DNA from: Fimbriosthenelais zetlandica
Taxonomy: Eukaryota
Direction: 5' to 3'
DNA: 64,000 nt
Assembly: GCA_977030845.1 (NCBI GenBank)
Contig: OZ365118.1
Span: 19,406,001 to 19,470,000 of the forward strand
Both the position numbers and the translations under genes were made by a program. The notes below the pieces were generated by a model. It was not told the DNA's origin. It saw only the letters and a program-made list of their open reading frames with translations, and searched no databases. Shown here one piece after another: positions 50,723-62,393 of the stretch (position 1 is its first letter; every line of letters begins with the position of its first letter).

Positions 50723-50859
50723 ATGAATATATTAATGTCATGAATGTTAATGAGGTGGATGACGTGGTAGCGTCCCACTATGGATCACAGTCGTAAATTC
50801 CATCATTCATATCCTTATGAATATTAATAGGTAACATATGTTTTAAAATGAATATTAAT
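50723..50859. promoter_or_regulatory. Four ATGAAT..TTAAT sites (POU-homeodomain type)
   Basis: Copies at 50723, 50740, 50817, 50848. The AT-rich context lowers significance. Confidence 0.25.
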
Positions 50860-52674
50860 CAGTTTCTTCTGAAGTCATTTAGCACCTTGATCAAACTTGG
50901 ATCTAGAAATGCTCGCGTGGATCAAAGAGATCACATGATAAGTTGGACCCCACGTGATGGTCGTACTTTCATTCATAAAATCACATATCTCACGAATATG
51001 AATTTAGTGAGGGGCATGTTTTGATGTTAGGCCTCTTGCATAGACTAAAGACATCGTTAAAGTTACTTTGATGAGACTTCTGAGATTTCATTTTCTGGAT
51101 TTACCATGACAGGTGTTTGATTTTGTTATATATATATTCTAGAATAACCGGGCATTGTGTGGGTTCAAAGATGATAGTTCTAAGGTTTGGAAATATTTTA
51201 CTAGGTTATTTTTCATCTTTGATTTCTAACTTTAAAAGTTAAACCATAAGTATAAGACCACTTGGTGTGCTCCCCTTGTCACATGCAGGAGGTATAATAG
51301 CTACATTATGGGTCTGTTTACCCACTCTTTTATGAATATTATAAATATTTTTAGTAAAAGCTTTTTTATCAATTAAGTCCTGGGGGTCTTTAATAGCTCT
51401 GTGAAGTGGGGTTGGTCCGGGGCGTTTAGATATAAGATAATTAATAAGATGATATAGTTGATAAGTTGTCATGGTAATCCGGCTCATATAAAGCCGTCAT
51501 TCATTAGCAACACGCCAATGTGAACGTGGGCGTTTATAAATTATCAAAATCAAAAAGAAATTAATGAATTTATGAGAAAGGGCGTATTTAATATGTCACG
51601 ATGAATTAAACTTAATTAACTTATAAACCATAGAAGGCTTTGACCATTGGGGTCAAGGTCAGTGAAATCATATATATTTATAGCATGCCTGAAATACTAG
51701 GTTGAAATGTATGGCATAGGTTTTCAAATAAATGGCATACATTTCAGAGTAAATTCACACACTATTAAATCAAGTCAAGATTTAGTAGCGCCACGCCTTG
51801 AGAACAGGTGAGACAGTTCGCCGACTACACACTAGGTGTCTCCCCACCCCCTGCCTTCTCCTCCCTGGAGCTATGACCCACTGTCCAGGGGGTTCCCCTC
51901 CATGGCTGGGCTTCCTCACTAACCCCTTTATTCAGTCCAGGTCCTGGCCATTTAAAACTGACCACTAGAAATGAACCCAGTACCTCCAGCCCTTCCTTCC
52001 ATACTGTACAGATGGATCGATGCTCGTCTACCCAGAGAGAATGTCTCCCAGAAATAATTTGAATTTTTATGCACAAAAACATAATTTCCTACCGCTCAAA
52101 ATACCTTGGTATGTAAAAGATAAAGGGAGAATATGTCTGTAATTGATAAGTCCCATATATAGAAACTTAGAGTATCTTTTGTCTATAGTAAATTGGCGCC
52201 AAGGCGAGCAGGGCTAATCTAAGGAGAGGATGTCATTTTTATGTGCATACCAAGAGTCAGTCATAATTCTTGTTTTATCTTGTCACACCAAAACATTGTC
52301 ACCCTAACCTCTGGATGTGTGTGTACAAGGGTGGACAAGGGGGCTACATAAATCAGTCCCGCCTCACACTGTCCCCACCCCTATACCCCCTCCCCTCCCC
52401 ACTCTGTCCCCACCCCTATACCCCCTCCCCTCCCCACTCTGACCACCTCTCCCACCTTTGATATACCCACTCCCGGACTAGCCTTTCTCAAACGTCTGAA
52501 ATTACCTTGAAAAACAACCCCAGGCTCTCATTATTTTTTCTAACTTTCTGGGTGAAAAATTAGTTATTGTATTTTTAAATATACATGTGTGGGGCCTAGC
52601 AATAATTCACAATGACCATTTGGAAAGGTCCAAGTACAAGGACGTCCCATGGCCTGCCCCTCCTCTCCACCATA

Positions 52675-52784
52675 GTTACCATGGTAACTCATTACTCCAG
52701 TACCCCGTGTAGAGACTGACCAGTGAGGGACAGTGATCACGTGGTCACCATGGTGACGATCTTTCACCGCGTTGCCATGGAGAA
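52675..52784. promoter_or_regulatory. Triple X-box module with E-box
   Basis: GTTACCATGGTAAC 52675-52688; CACGTG 52737-52742; GTCACCATGGTGAC 52744-52757; GTTGCCATGGAGAA 52771-52784. Confidence 0.6.
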
Positions 52785-53667
52785 GATAATGGTATCTAGT
52801 GTGGTGTCAGACCTCAAGCTGGAGGCGATCTCTCACCACTCCCCTCTCATCCCCCGCTAACCCCATTACCCTCCCATTATAATGAAGAAAAGCACCAAAA
52901 GACAGCAAGGTGGTTTTTCTATTTAGTTTTATGTAAGTGTCCATAAATCTGTCATGGACCGTGGTTCCATCATGGTCAGTCATAGCCAGTATAACCAGCC
53001 CTTACTCCATACTGGAGTCACTGACCTTCAATGTCCTTCAGGCTTTGCTTTGAACTCGTACCGATTCATGGAAGATTCTAGAGTCAAATGATGTGTTTTG
53101 TAACAGTGAAATGACTGTAATATTTGAAAGAATCTGTCTCGCTAGATTATGGTTTAATTCATTTGCTTAATCACGATTGCCTAGTTAACTAATTCTGGAG
53201 TTTGTCTAAACTGCCACTGTTCTACCACACGTCCTTACACTTGGTGGAAGGCATCAATTAGCTGGGGGCTAAACATTCCCTGTTCACCAAGAAATACCCA
53301 ACAAATTGGAGAAATCAAACACCGCCGATCCTGATAGCAAGCTTTAGATTGTGTTTCCAAACGCTTAATTCTCAGTGGAGAGTCTTGAAGTGGCGTGAAA
53401 CTCAAGACTTGCTATCTTCACTAAACCATTAACAGAAACATCCACTGGGCGACGTTATTAATGACGTCATTAATCATGTGACTCTCTAGTTAACGCCAAT
53501 GACACTAGGGGCAGAACGGTACGAGGTCCACTGCTACTTCCTGTGGCTTTGTGATAACTATAAAATTCATATATTTCCTTCGAATTTTTAGTATTTTCCA
53601 AGTGCCTATCCCGGGGGAGGTCCAAGGGTCTATCCCCCCACTTGAGAGAGGATTTTTGGGGCCACAA

Positions 53668-53694
53668 CCCCCCCCCCCCCCCCCCCCCCCCCCC
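53668..53694 (+). repeat. C27 homopolymer
   Basis: 27 consecutive C (the length may be sequencing-dependent). Confidence 0.9.
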
Positions 53695-55105
53695 TTGGAC
53701 ATTTCATATAGGATTGACTGAGAACTACTAGCTATCCTGGGGTCCCGTTTCAAAAGGAAAATTAATATAAGTTTATGACCGATTAGTTTTTACACAGTCC
53801 CAGGATCCTCCCCCAGGGTTATTCTGAGACTTATTGAAGGGTCTGTTTCAGTAGGGATTAATGCTAGTAGACGGTTGACTATGAGACAGTTATGTCTGTT
53901 TGATGGGATGTAGAGATAATGTAACATTAATCTGGATGGGTGTACATCTCTTGTCAAAACTTAAATGGTGGTGCAACAGCCCACAGGTGGGGGGTAGAAA
54001 TGAATATGCAAGTCAACTCCCCGAACAATTAGCTTCATGTCCCATCCACTCCCATCCCATTACCACCAGATCATGATAGACTTGCTCAGACGCGTTTCAT
54101 AAACAGCTTTGTGGCTTGTTTCATAAAGATGCTTATTGACTTGTGTATCTTTTTTGAAACGCCATAAGGCCTGACTTCACTAAGAGTGCGATTTTCTTTG
54201 TGATTGTCACAGAAGTGGAGGAAGACCTTTATCTATGTTCATTATTCCATAGATTTCCTTCCTATATGGAACTACCCAAAGAGAACCAAGTCCAAGACAA
54301 AGTAAAAATGAACAATAGTGTGAGATAGAGAGGCTAGTGTCCACCTTATCATCCATGTTGACCAGTACAGGCGGTGTCACCTATGGTGAATAATGGACGG
54401 TGAGAAATATGACAAGCTTTTAATTATACTCTCACTGATAATTACTATTAAACAAAGATTACTGAAAATATCAGGTGACATCACCGCCAGAGAGATACTT
54501 CATACATATTCATAGCCCTTAATGATCCAGTACTTAATATTCTATATCATGCTGCTAAGTATAATACTAGGGAAAACCAATGATATGACATTTTTGATAT
54601 ATGATTTTTGTTTTATTTTTGGGGAAAATTTCAGTTATACATGCATGTATATTTGAACAGATTCCAAGTTAATGTCCGTTAAATCTGTGCTTATTGCAAA
54701 TTACTTATCACTAATAAGTGACTTAGCAACAAGTGGGAAATTCATCAGAGTGGTCATTGGCCTTAATAACTGATACTTGATGGTAATATCAAACGGTGGA
54801 CTATGATAGATGGGAGGTCGCTGTACATGTCTCACATGCCTGGTAGACCAGCCATTATAGGCGGTATGATTATAGACGGTCATCGTTATGTTCAGTAGTT
54901 GTTGATTCCACTATAGCAGGCTGGGAGACGGGTCACAAGGTGGTGGCTTCACCCAGCCTTGTAATTTGAATAATTTTATAAGATAAACTCAGTGAACTAG
55001 TGAGTGGTATTAATTATGAGGGGCTTTGATGTAGAGGGAGAGGAGTATGGTCATTTGTCAGGCGGAGGTGGCCGTCTGATTGTGAAACATGAAAACTGAC
55101 CGATT

Positions 55106-55153
55106 GATATCAAAGATATCAGAGATATCCACAAAGATATCCACAGTGATATC
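55106..55153. repeat. Five GATATC palindromes at 9-12-bp spacing
   Basis: GATATC at 55106, 55115, 55124, 55136, 55148. Confidence 0.75.
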
Positions 55154-58100
55154 AATGACTGGGCGCAAGGCCTCTATACAAAACATGGGGACATTTAGCC
55201 ACTGTGTAATCTGGACTGATTCCTGCTCCATGGTAGGCATTTCTAAGAAATAAACCCTTTCGTTCTGATTTAGGAAAGATATGTTCAAAATTCCATGGAA
55301 CATTTGGGGTTACCTTGTCAATATTGCCTTAATTGCCAGACTATTGTTTAGAAGTTAATGAAGCAGAGAAGGAAGCCTAAACTGAGGTGAAAGTTACTTA
55401 TGAGACACATTAGAGATGAAGCCAGGAGCAGCTTCTCTGCTCCGCTTCCATGACCCGCTCTATAAACTGCCCCCGTCCCCGCCAGAGGAGCTGATGAGAT
55501 ATAGATTGACCTTCTGACAATATTTTGAAACAGAAATATGACAAATTGACTTCTGATTTGCTCGGTCGGCCACGCACGGCCATGGTCGGGCGATCACATG
55601 GTCTCATGGCTTCACTTATATATACCTACTGTCCGTTATAGGTCATCTACCGTGCTTACCATGGGATCTCATCTAAATACACACTAAATACTTTAAAATA
55701 CTCATGTGTACCTATTTTAAATGTAAAAGTTTCAACCATGTCCAGTTGGATGGGCCTCTGCAATTGCCCTTGGTTAAAATAATTCTTTCGGTGGAAATCT
55801 ATTACTTTATTTTGGATTATGCATTGATGAATCGTATATAAATATTGAAATTTTGTATTTAATTAAATCATTTATATTCAAACAGTATCAGAAATAGGAC
55901 TATAGGCAAGCCGTCTACTGGAATAAGCCCGTATATATGAGAGTATTATTGTTGTTTTTTGGACGACCCACTGTGTCCTAATTTGAACTAAAGGTCAGCC
56001 AGCATAGTAAGATTCATTATCTTGTAGTTTGTGGGATTAATTCCCACTGGGCGGGCCTAGAGGGTGCCATGTTCCCCCAGGCCATGCAAATCCAGGCTAA
56101 AATATTCATACCAGGCTTATATAGGGGTGTTAGAACGCCCCGGGGGTGAAAAACACACCCCAACCCCATCACATAGAAACGCCATATATAAAACACTAAC
56201 CCATAACAGTAAATTAAGAAATAAGACTGTCCTTGTAATTTCAATTCAGGAGAGATAAATGTTAGAAGAATTGTGAAGACAGGCCATTGTTAAGGCACTT
56301 CAATTGTTGTCCCTAGTTCACCTCTCTCTGGCCAGATGGCGTGAGGGTAGGATATATCACTCGTGGCATGCAGGTGGACCATTTATACCTCAATCACGTC
56401 CTCGTGTGATTCTAATTCAAATTTTTACATTTAATGAAGACCTGGTCTTTTCAATCTCAGTGCCTCGCAAGAATTCCTCAAATGGAACTTTTGCAATGCC
56501 TCGCATACTGGCCCGGTGATAGGGAAAATAAGTCAATTCTTAAATCCCGGGGGTCCGCCGGTCCCGAGGTTGTGTTGATAGGAACCCTTGAGACGATGAT
56601 TGGCTTTAGCCATGGAGCAAGAAATGGTGAGAAATTCCCATGTCCCTTCCCCTATGGTATGGCTGAGAATCCCTCAAACTCATTAAAACCCTAATGTCGC
56701 ATGGACTGTTTCTTCCCATTCCTCTAACCAATTTCTTGCTGAGATTTCCATAAATCTATCTTATCTTTAGTGAGCTTTATGTATGCATTTTGTAAAGACT
56801 CAGAGGTTGTAATTGATACACCAATAATACATGTTCCGGGCCTGATCTGGGGACCAGCTGGCCAGGATCGTGGATTTATAATTGGCACCTCTTCTTATCA
56901 TGAAGGCCTCACATGAAAGCAAGGGGTGTCACTCCCCACACCTCATCTCACAGGGGGCGGGAAAAGACGAGAATTCATCACATTTCTCATTCCCAATCAC
57001 AATCTGTAAATTACACATGTAGAGATGTCTCTAATGGTGCAGAACTGAGAGAGCCGGACTCAGAAAGCGTGAACTGAGAAGTAAATCCCACTACTGGAAT
57101 GTGAGTCGCGAGGAAAACTCGCCGATCCGTTAGATTGAGATGACATTTTGATTCTTAATACAGTCTTTGGGAAGTCTTTGAACAAGGATAAGAATGGGCA
57201 TGGCATCTCCATTATAGTGACTAGAGATCTAAGATCAATCTCTTCCATGTCATGGATCTCCTTTGTTCGTCAGATAACGATTCTAACATTCAGGCTCATC
57301 ATGGCTCTGATACTTAATCCCCACTTTAATCCTTGGTTTAAATTCATTCCCGAAAATAAAAATAAATCTTTCCAAAACCCTGTTCTTTCCATACCCAGTA
57401 TATAGGTTCTGGTACCACAGGATTCAGAAGAAGACATTCAGGTGAAGAATACCCCTCGTTATCACCTATATATAAAGTATTTATTACTTCACACCTCTCT
57501 CAATGAGCTCCTGGTCCCATAAAGGGTACATGCACCCACATCTAAAGATTCATTAATGACAAACATGAAAGTACTTCACACTTGGTCGTTTATAGCCAGA
57601 GCTGGAGGTTGAGAGTTAACCAACACTTGTTAATGTGTTTAGACATTATAAAATGACAGACCAGTCTCTAGTTAGACTTTCCCAGCCCCACACCTCACCA
57701 CCAGACTGAGATGAAGGTCTCAAGTTGCTCCTTACGTCCCTCCACATGATCACTTCACTCATTGAGTATAATAGCACCTAATGTGGCGCTATATAGAATA
57801 CCTAGTGTAGAGGTCCTGATTAAACAGATTTAGACGGAGATAACATAGGACAGGCACAAATAGCCGCGCATTAAGGTGCTCTCTGATCTTACCAGCTTCC
57901 GACAGACCAGATGCGGCGCTTAATTTGTCCTTCTCCGCGGCCATCTCCCTCCCTCAATGATTGCCGTTATGCCCAGAATCTCCCACCACTCACCCACCAC
58001 TCAGCCCTCACCGCCTATAATGATATTAATGAACTTTAGACACGGTGAAGAATTCTGTCATATTTCTTAATTAACATGTGTGATGTTAATTAGCCAGGTT

Positions 58101-58172
58101 GTGTATAACCGATCTCACATCTGCTGCTATCTCTATATATATTATAGGTACTAATATACTGGCATTCTATCA

Positions 58173-58469
58173 AGCAATGACCAAGTCTGCCGTCTTTGGT
58201 CAGCCAGCCATACCCCAGGGGAATGTAATGGAATTGTGGGGGAATGTCCGATGGAAAAATGATGTCTTGGGTCTTAATGACTTGGTCGATGATGAACCAT
58301 CGCCCTCCTTGAAGGATTTCATAGCATTTAGGCCTATAATTCAAATATTCAAACATCACTTGGTCGATGCTGAGCTATCGCCCTCCCCGAAGGATTTATT
58401 AGCACTTATGATGGTTCAAATATGGCTTGGTCGATGTTGTTACCATCTCCCTCCTTGAAGGATTTATTA
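58173..58469 (+). repeat. Repeat array B: AGCAATGACCAAG arm plus 3 x CTTGGTCGATG....CCATCGCCCTCC..GAAGGATTT
   Basis: CTTGGTCG cores at 58281, 58359, 58426 (spacing 78 and 67); related to array A at 19025-19338. Confidence 0.85.
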
Positions 58470-58866
58470 CCATACGTGATGTTCAAACAGCATTTACGAT
58501 ATTGAAAAGTATTTCCATTTTCCTAAAGTTGATATGTGAAGTTTTATAAGGATGTGTATTGAATTATAAGTGATTGATTGACATTCTATAGGTGATACCC
58601 TCACCACATCCTTCCCTCCTCACCCCACTCCTCCCCTTCCCCTCCCCCAGCCCGCTTTATGTAATGTAGAAGGTAACACTGTTTTTGTGATAATGTAAGG
58701 AAGTCTGCCTCATTATTTGTCGATTCGTTAGAGATGATAATAACCTAGATGTACGTTAAGGTATTAATCAGCGTTGTAATCACTGGGAGGACTGATATTA
58801 TCACATAACTCAGATGAACAATTTTTCCGAGTGACGACCACAGACGTCGTACGTCCGCCGCCGATC

Positions 58867-58946
58867 ATGGACGCGCATTAATCACGTGACGTAACGTGAC
58901 GTCATGTACAGATCACTCCCTTCATGACGTCACTACCCCCTGGTGT
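58867..58946. promoter_or_regulatory. bZIP/bHLH motif cluster (two CRE, TGACGTAA, CACGTG)
   Basis: CACGTG 58883; TGACGTAA 58887; TGACGTCA 58897 and 58925. Confidence 0.5.
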
Positions 58947-60599
58947 CTGTAAACTACACTAATGACAGGGCTCTAACTCGCGTATTGGGCAATTTAAAAA
59001 ATTAGCTATCATTGAGGTTTCTTTATACTTCCTTCTATTCAATTAGGCCTATCTTATATTTAGATATATATAATATATTCTTTGTATTAATATATTTTCC
59101 AGAAATTCTAAATAACTCTTTAAAATATGTAGTATTAATTCGTTGTGAACCGTTGAGATTCTCTTTTATTCTCCCAATTAGTCAAACGATTTTCTTTTGT
59201 GAGAACAAATGTTTCTCCTGAACCTTTTATTTGTCATATATGGTAATTGTTGGGCTAATATCTTTTTGGAAAAAGCGCAGGTATTATCGGGAGATATTGT
59301 CCCATTCCCTACTCATAGATAAGATAACTGTCGCTCAACATACAAGACAGTTTGAGGACTTCAAGTTCAATACTTCTTTCAGTATAAGATAGATAGGAAT
59401 AATGTATTCATTATGATTATACTTTTTTTCAACAATGCCGATTGTCAAGTGAAACCAGTGAGTGGAGCATGATTGCTACTTTAGAAGAAGAAAGGCAGAG
59501 TGTCTGATATTGTTCTGCCGAGGCGCAAATCTAACAATTGCTTCAACAAAAAGACACTCTTATCACCTCTCTAAAAAGACCATCCTTTCATATTATCTGT
59601 GTCCTCCACTTTGAGTCACACATACCGTGATTGCCCTTACTCTCTAATCTTTCTCACTTTCTGATGGTTTTTATTCGGCAAAATTGAAAAGCATAAATTA
59701 TATAGAAGTATATTGAAGCCATTATACTTCAAAAAAATCTCATTTGTGATTTATTTCTGTAGGTGCCGACAGTTAGTTGGAGAACAATGAATAGCATCAC
59801 CTTTAGAAAAATCACTTAGCAGCAGTTAACAGAAATTCCCAACTGTAACGATTGGTGGTCATTCTTAGAAAAAATATTTTTGAAAGTATCCAGACCAAGC
59901 AATTTTTCAAGGGGGAATTCAAATATTAAATCTGGTATTGAGTAACGTTTTCAGTGACTTCCATTCTCAGTGGACTAATCTGCCATTAACAATTCCTCGC
60001 ATGCACCTTACAATAGAACAGATGTAATCACATACACAACAACTCTTTCATGTCTCCACCGCCCCTCTCACACACACAATACACAGATTTATTACTTATC
60101 AAACATTTCACAAGCACCAGGATTAAGTTGCTTGTAGTGTTGATGGATATTGCGGGTCGTTAGCCATGTTGAGAGGGTGTTCCACTGTAATCCACGCTTG
60201 TTTTGAGTCTCTGAGTGTTTGTGGGGCTGGCTTTAGTTTCATGATTTGTGCGGACAAGAGGACTAATCCCGTGTATATCAACAGTCACCATGACTGGTCA
60301 TTATGACGTTTGATGTGTGAGGGATGGAGGGTGAAGGGGATATCTCCTTACTGGACATTGATGAATGTTTGTGGGCGGGTGGAGGCAATAGATGACCATT
60401 ATACTTGGGACCTGTTTAATAAAGTTAATCTAGCTGAGAATGTTGCGAATCAAGTACCATGGAACATATATTTTATCAAACAAATATCAAAGGATTTGGA
60501 TATGTGTTTGAGAGAGAAGGGGACAGGGATAGAGGCAGAGAAAGAAATGACATACATGGGGAAGGCGACGGAGGGATATGCATACAACTACAGAAAGGA

Positions 60600-60740
60600 N
60601 NNNNNNNNNNNNNNNNNNNNNNNNNNNNNNNNNNNNNNNNNNNNNNNNNNNNNNNNNNNNNNNNNNNNNNNNNNNNNNNNNNNNNNNNNNNNNNNNNNNN
60701 NNNNNNNNNNNNNNNNNNNNNNNNNNNNNNNNNNNNNNNN
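60600..60740. other. Assembly gap (141 N)
   Basis: Run of N. ORFs spanning it are artefacts. Confidence 1.
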
Positions 60741-60790
60741 AAGAGTTGGTTTGTGTCGGTGACTTTGATGTATGAGACCACCGTGAGGTA

Positions 60791-60825
60791 AGTGGTCAGT
60801 GTAGTGGTCAGTGTAGTGGTCAGTG
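60791..60825 (+). repeat. 12-bp tandem repeat AGTGGTCAGTGT, about 3 copies
   Basis: Directly visible; gives TLTT repeats in the minus-strand ORF. Confidence 0.85.
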
Positions 60826-61803
60826 AGGTGGACAATGATGTAGCCTGAGGTAGACAGGTAGATGTATAGATGGTGGTGATGATATAACGTCCACATAACC
60901 TCACCTTATACCGGCCCAGCTTGTTATCCACCCTCTATATTACACTCTAACCACCTCAAGTGTTTACTGCCGGACGAGAGACCTTCAAACACCCACTTTA
61001 CAGTCCTTACCCCCAAACAATGATATACGCCAATTATGTCAGTCCAAAAATATACGCAAAATGTTTGAAATCTCAATTATGTCAGCCAAAAATATTTCTA
61101 GAACCTTTAGAATGCAAAGAAAGGACAAATAGGCCTACGTACTGTTTTAAGTTGATTATTGCAAGAAAACTTATATATTTAAAAATTAAAAATATATTTT
61201 TCGGCAAGGATCTGAAATATATTGACTATCATTTGCAAGACCAACCGCGATATATATTCAGTTATGCATCTGTCCACTATTGTCCTAATACCGACAAGAG
61301 TAGTAAATATAAGATTACCCAAGAGGACCAAATCGTAAATATTATATTACAATTCATTATCTTTGAGCAGATGCCCCTGTGGCAATATTGCCGCGGTGTG
61401 TTTCGCGCTTTTAATATCCTGACTTTTGTAAATTCAACAATAACGCCGTATCTCATTACAAACTGAGCAGAAAGCAATAAAACGAAGTGAAGCATCGGAT
61501 ACGCTTTCTGTACATTATATTAGTACACTTGATACGACTTCTATACGGAGTATGACAGACTGTGCTACCATGGAATGAGCAAACTGAAGAGCGGAACAAG
61601 GCAGGGTAGAGTGTCCATGACATAACGGTGGGCCTCCAACTACTGAAATCAATAGAATAAAATATCAATAAGTCACCCGGCTACCTGCCTTTGAAGTAAT
61701 CATATAATCTTGTGTTGGAATTAGGAAATAGAAGGGTTGAGATGGGTTGATAAGGGTTGGGGTAGATATGGTGGGTTGGGGTGGGGAGTGGGGAGGCTGA
61801 TTA

Positions 61804-61896
61804 CAGGTAGAGATAGAGCGTCACAGGTGTGGTGGACGGTGTACCTGTGGTAGGGTAGAGGTAGAGACAGGTGTACTAATCATACAGGTACAGGTG
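61804..61896. promoter_or_regulatory. Cluster of 6 CAGGTR/YACCTG sites (ZEB/Snail type)
   Basis: Sites at 61804, 61824, 61842, 61868, 61885, 61891. Confidence 0.3.
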
Positions 61897-62379
61897 AATG
61901 TTAGACTGATTGTGAACAATCAGACCAAATGTTTAACATGATAACAGGAGCATAGTTACACGATCCCCGCCTCACTGATACAACCTGTAACAGATGGACT
62001 AATTACTGGCCTTATTTATGTGCCTTTTACCTTGTGCTTTTACCGTTGGGGTGCTTAGAATATTAAATGATTAACTGCCCAATTATGAACCAAGGACATA
62101 TCACTGAAATCTAAAAAAATATTGCTCATTTTAGAGCAATTCTGGGACGATTTAAATGTGTTTTGAAAGGTCTATTCCAATTACAGCTTTATAGATTTTA
62201 CTTCATCTGAAATACTACCTCGTATTTTAAAACTTGTTCTTCATTTGATAAATGATCGTTAGCTTTCAAGAACAATCACTCCTTCGTTCAAACTTGATCC
62301 GTGGCTAACAGATACCTGTGTACCGACCGCCACATACAGCACACCTTCCGTGTTAAAGTAAAATCAGGCACAGCTGGAG

Positions 62380-62393
62380 AGGTCAGAAGGTCA
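62380..62393 (+). promoter_or_regulatory. Perfect DR2 nuclear-receptor element
   Basis: AGGTCA-GA-AGGTCA. Confidence 0.4.

Noticed and set aside
58289-58373. C/D box snoRNA (ATGATGA ... CTGA)
   Set aside because: No terminal stem, and both boxes are variable positions of the array-B repeat unit.
60960-61466. 168-aa ORF, the longest in the track
   Set aside because: GTG start, AT-rich codons (I/K/Y/F biased), contains a local nucleotide duplication, and no recognisable motif.
61732-61797. Interstitial telomeric repeat
   Set aside because: Irregular GGGTT/GGGGT words with no TTAGGG or TTAGG array; it is only a G-rich tract.
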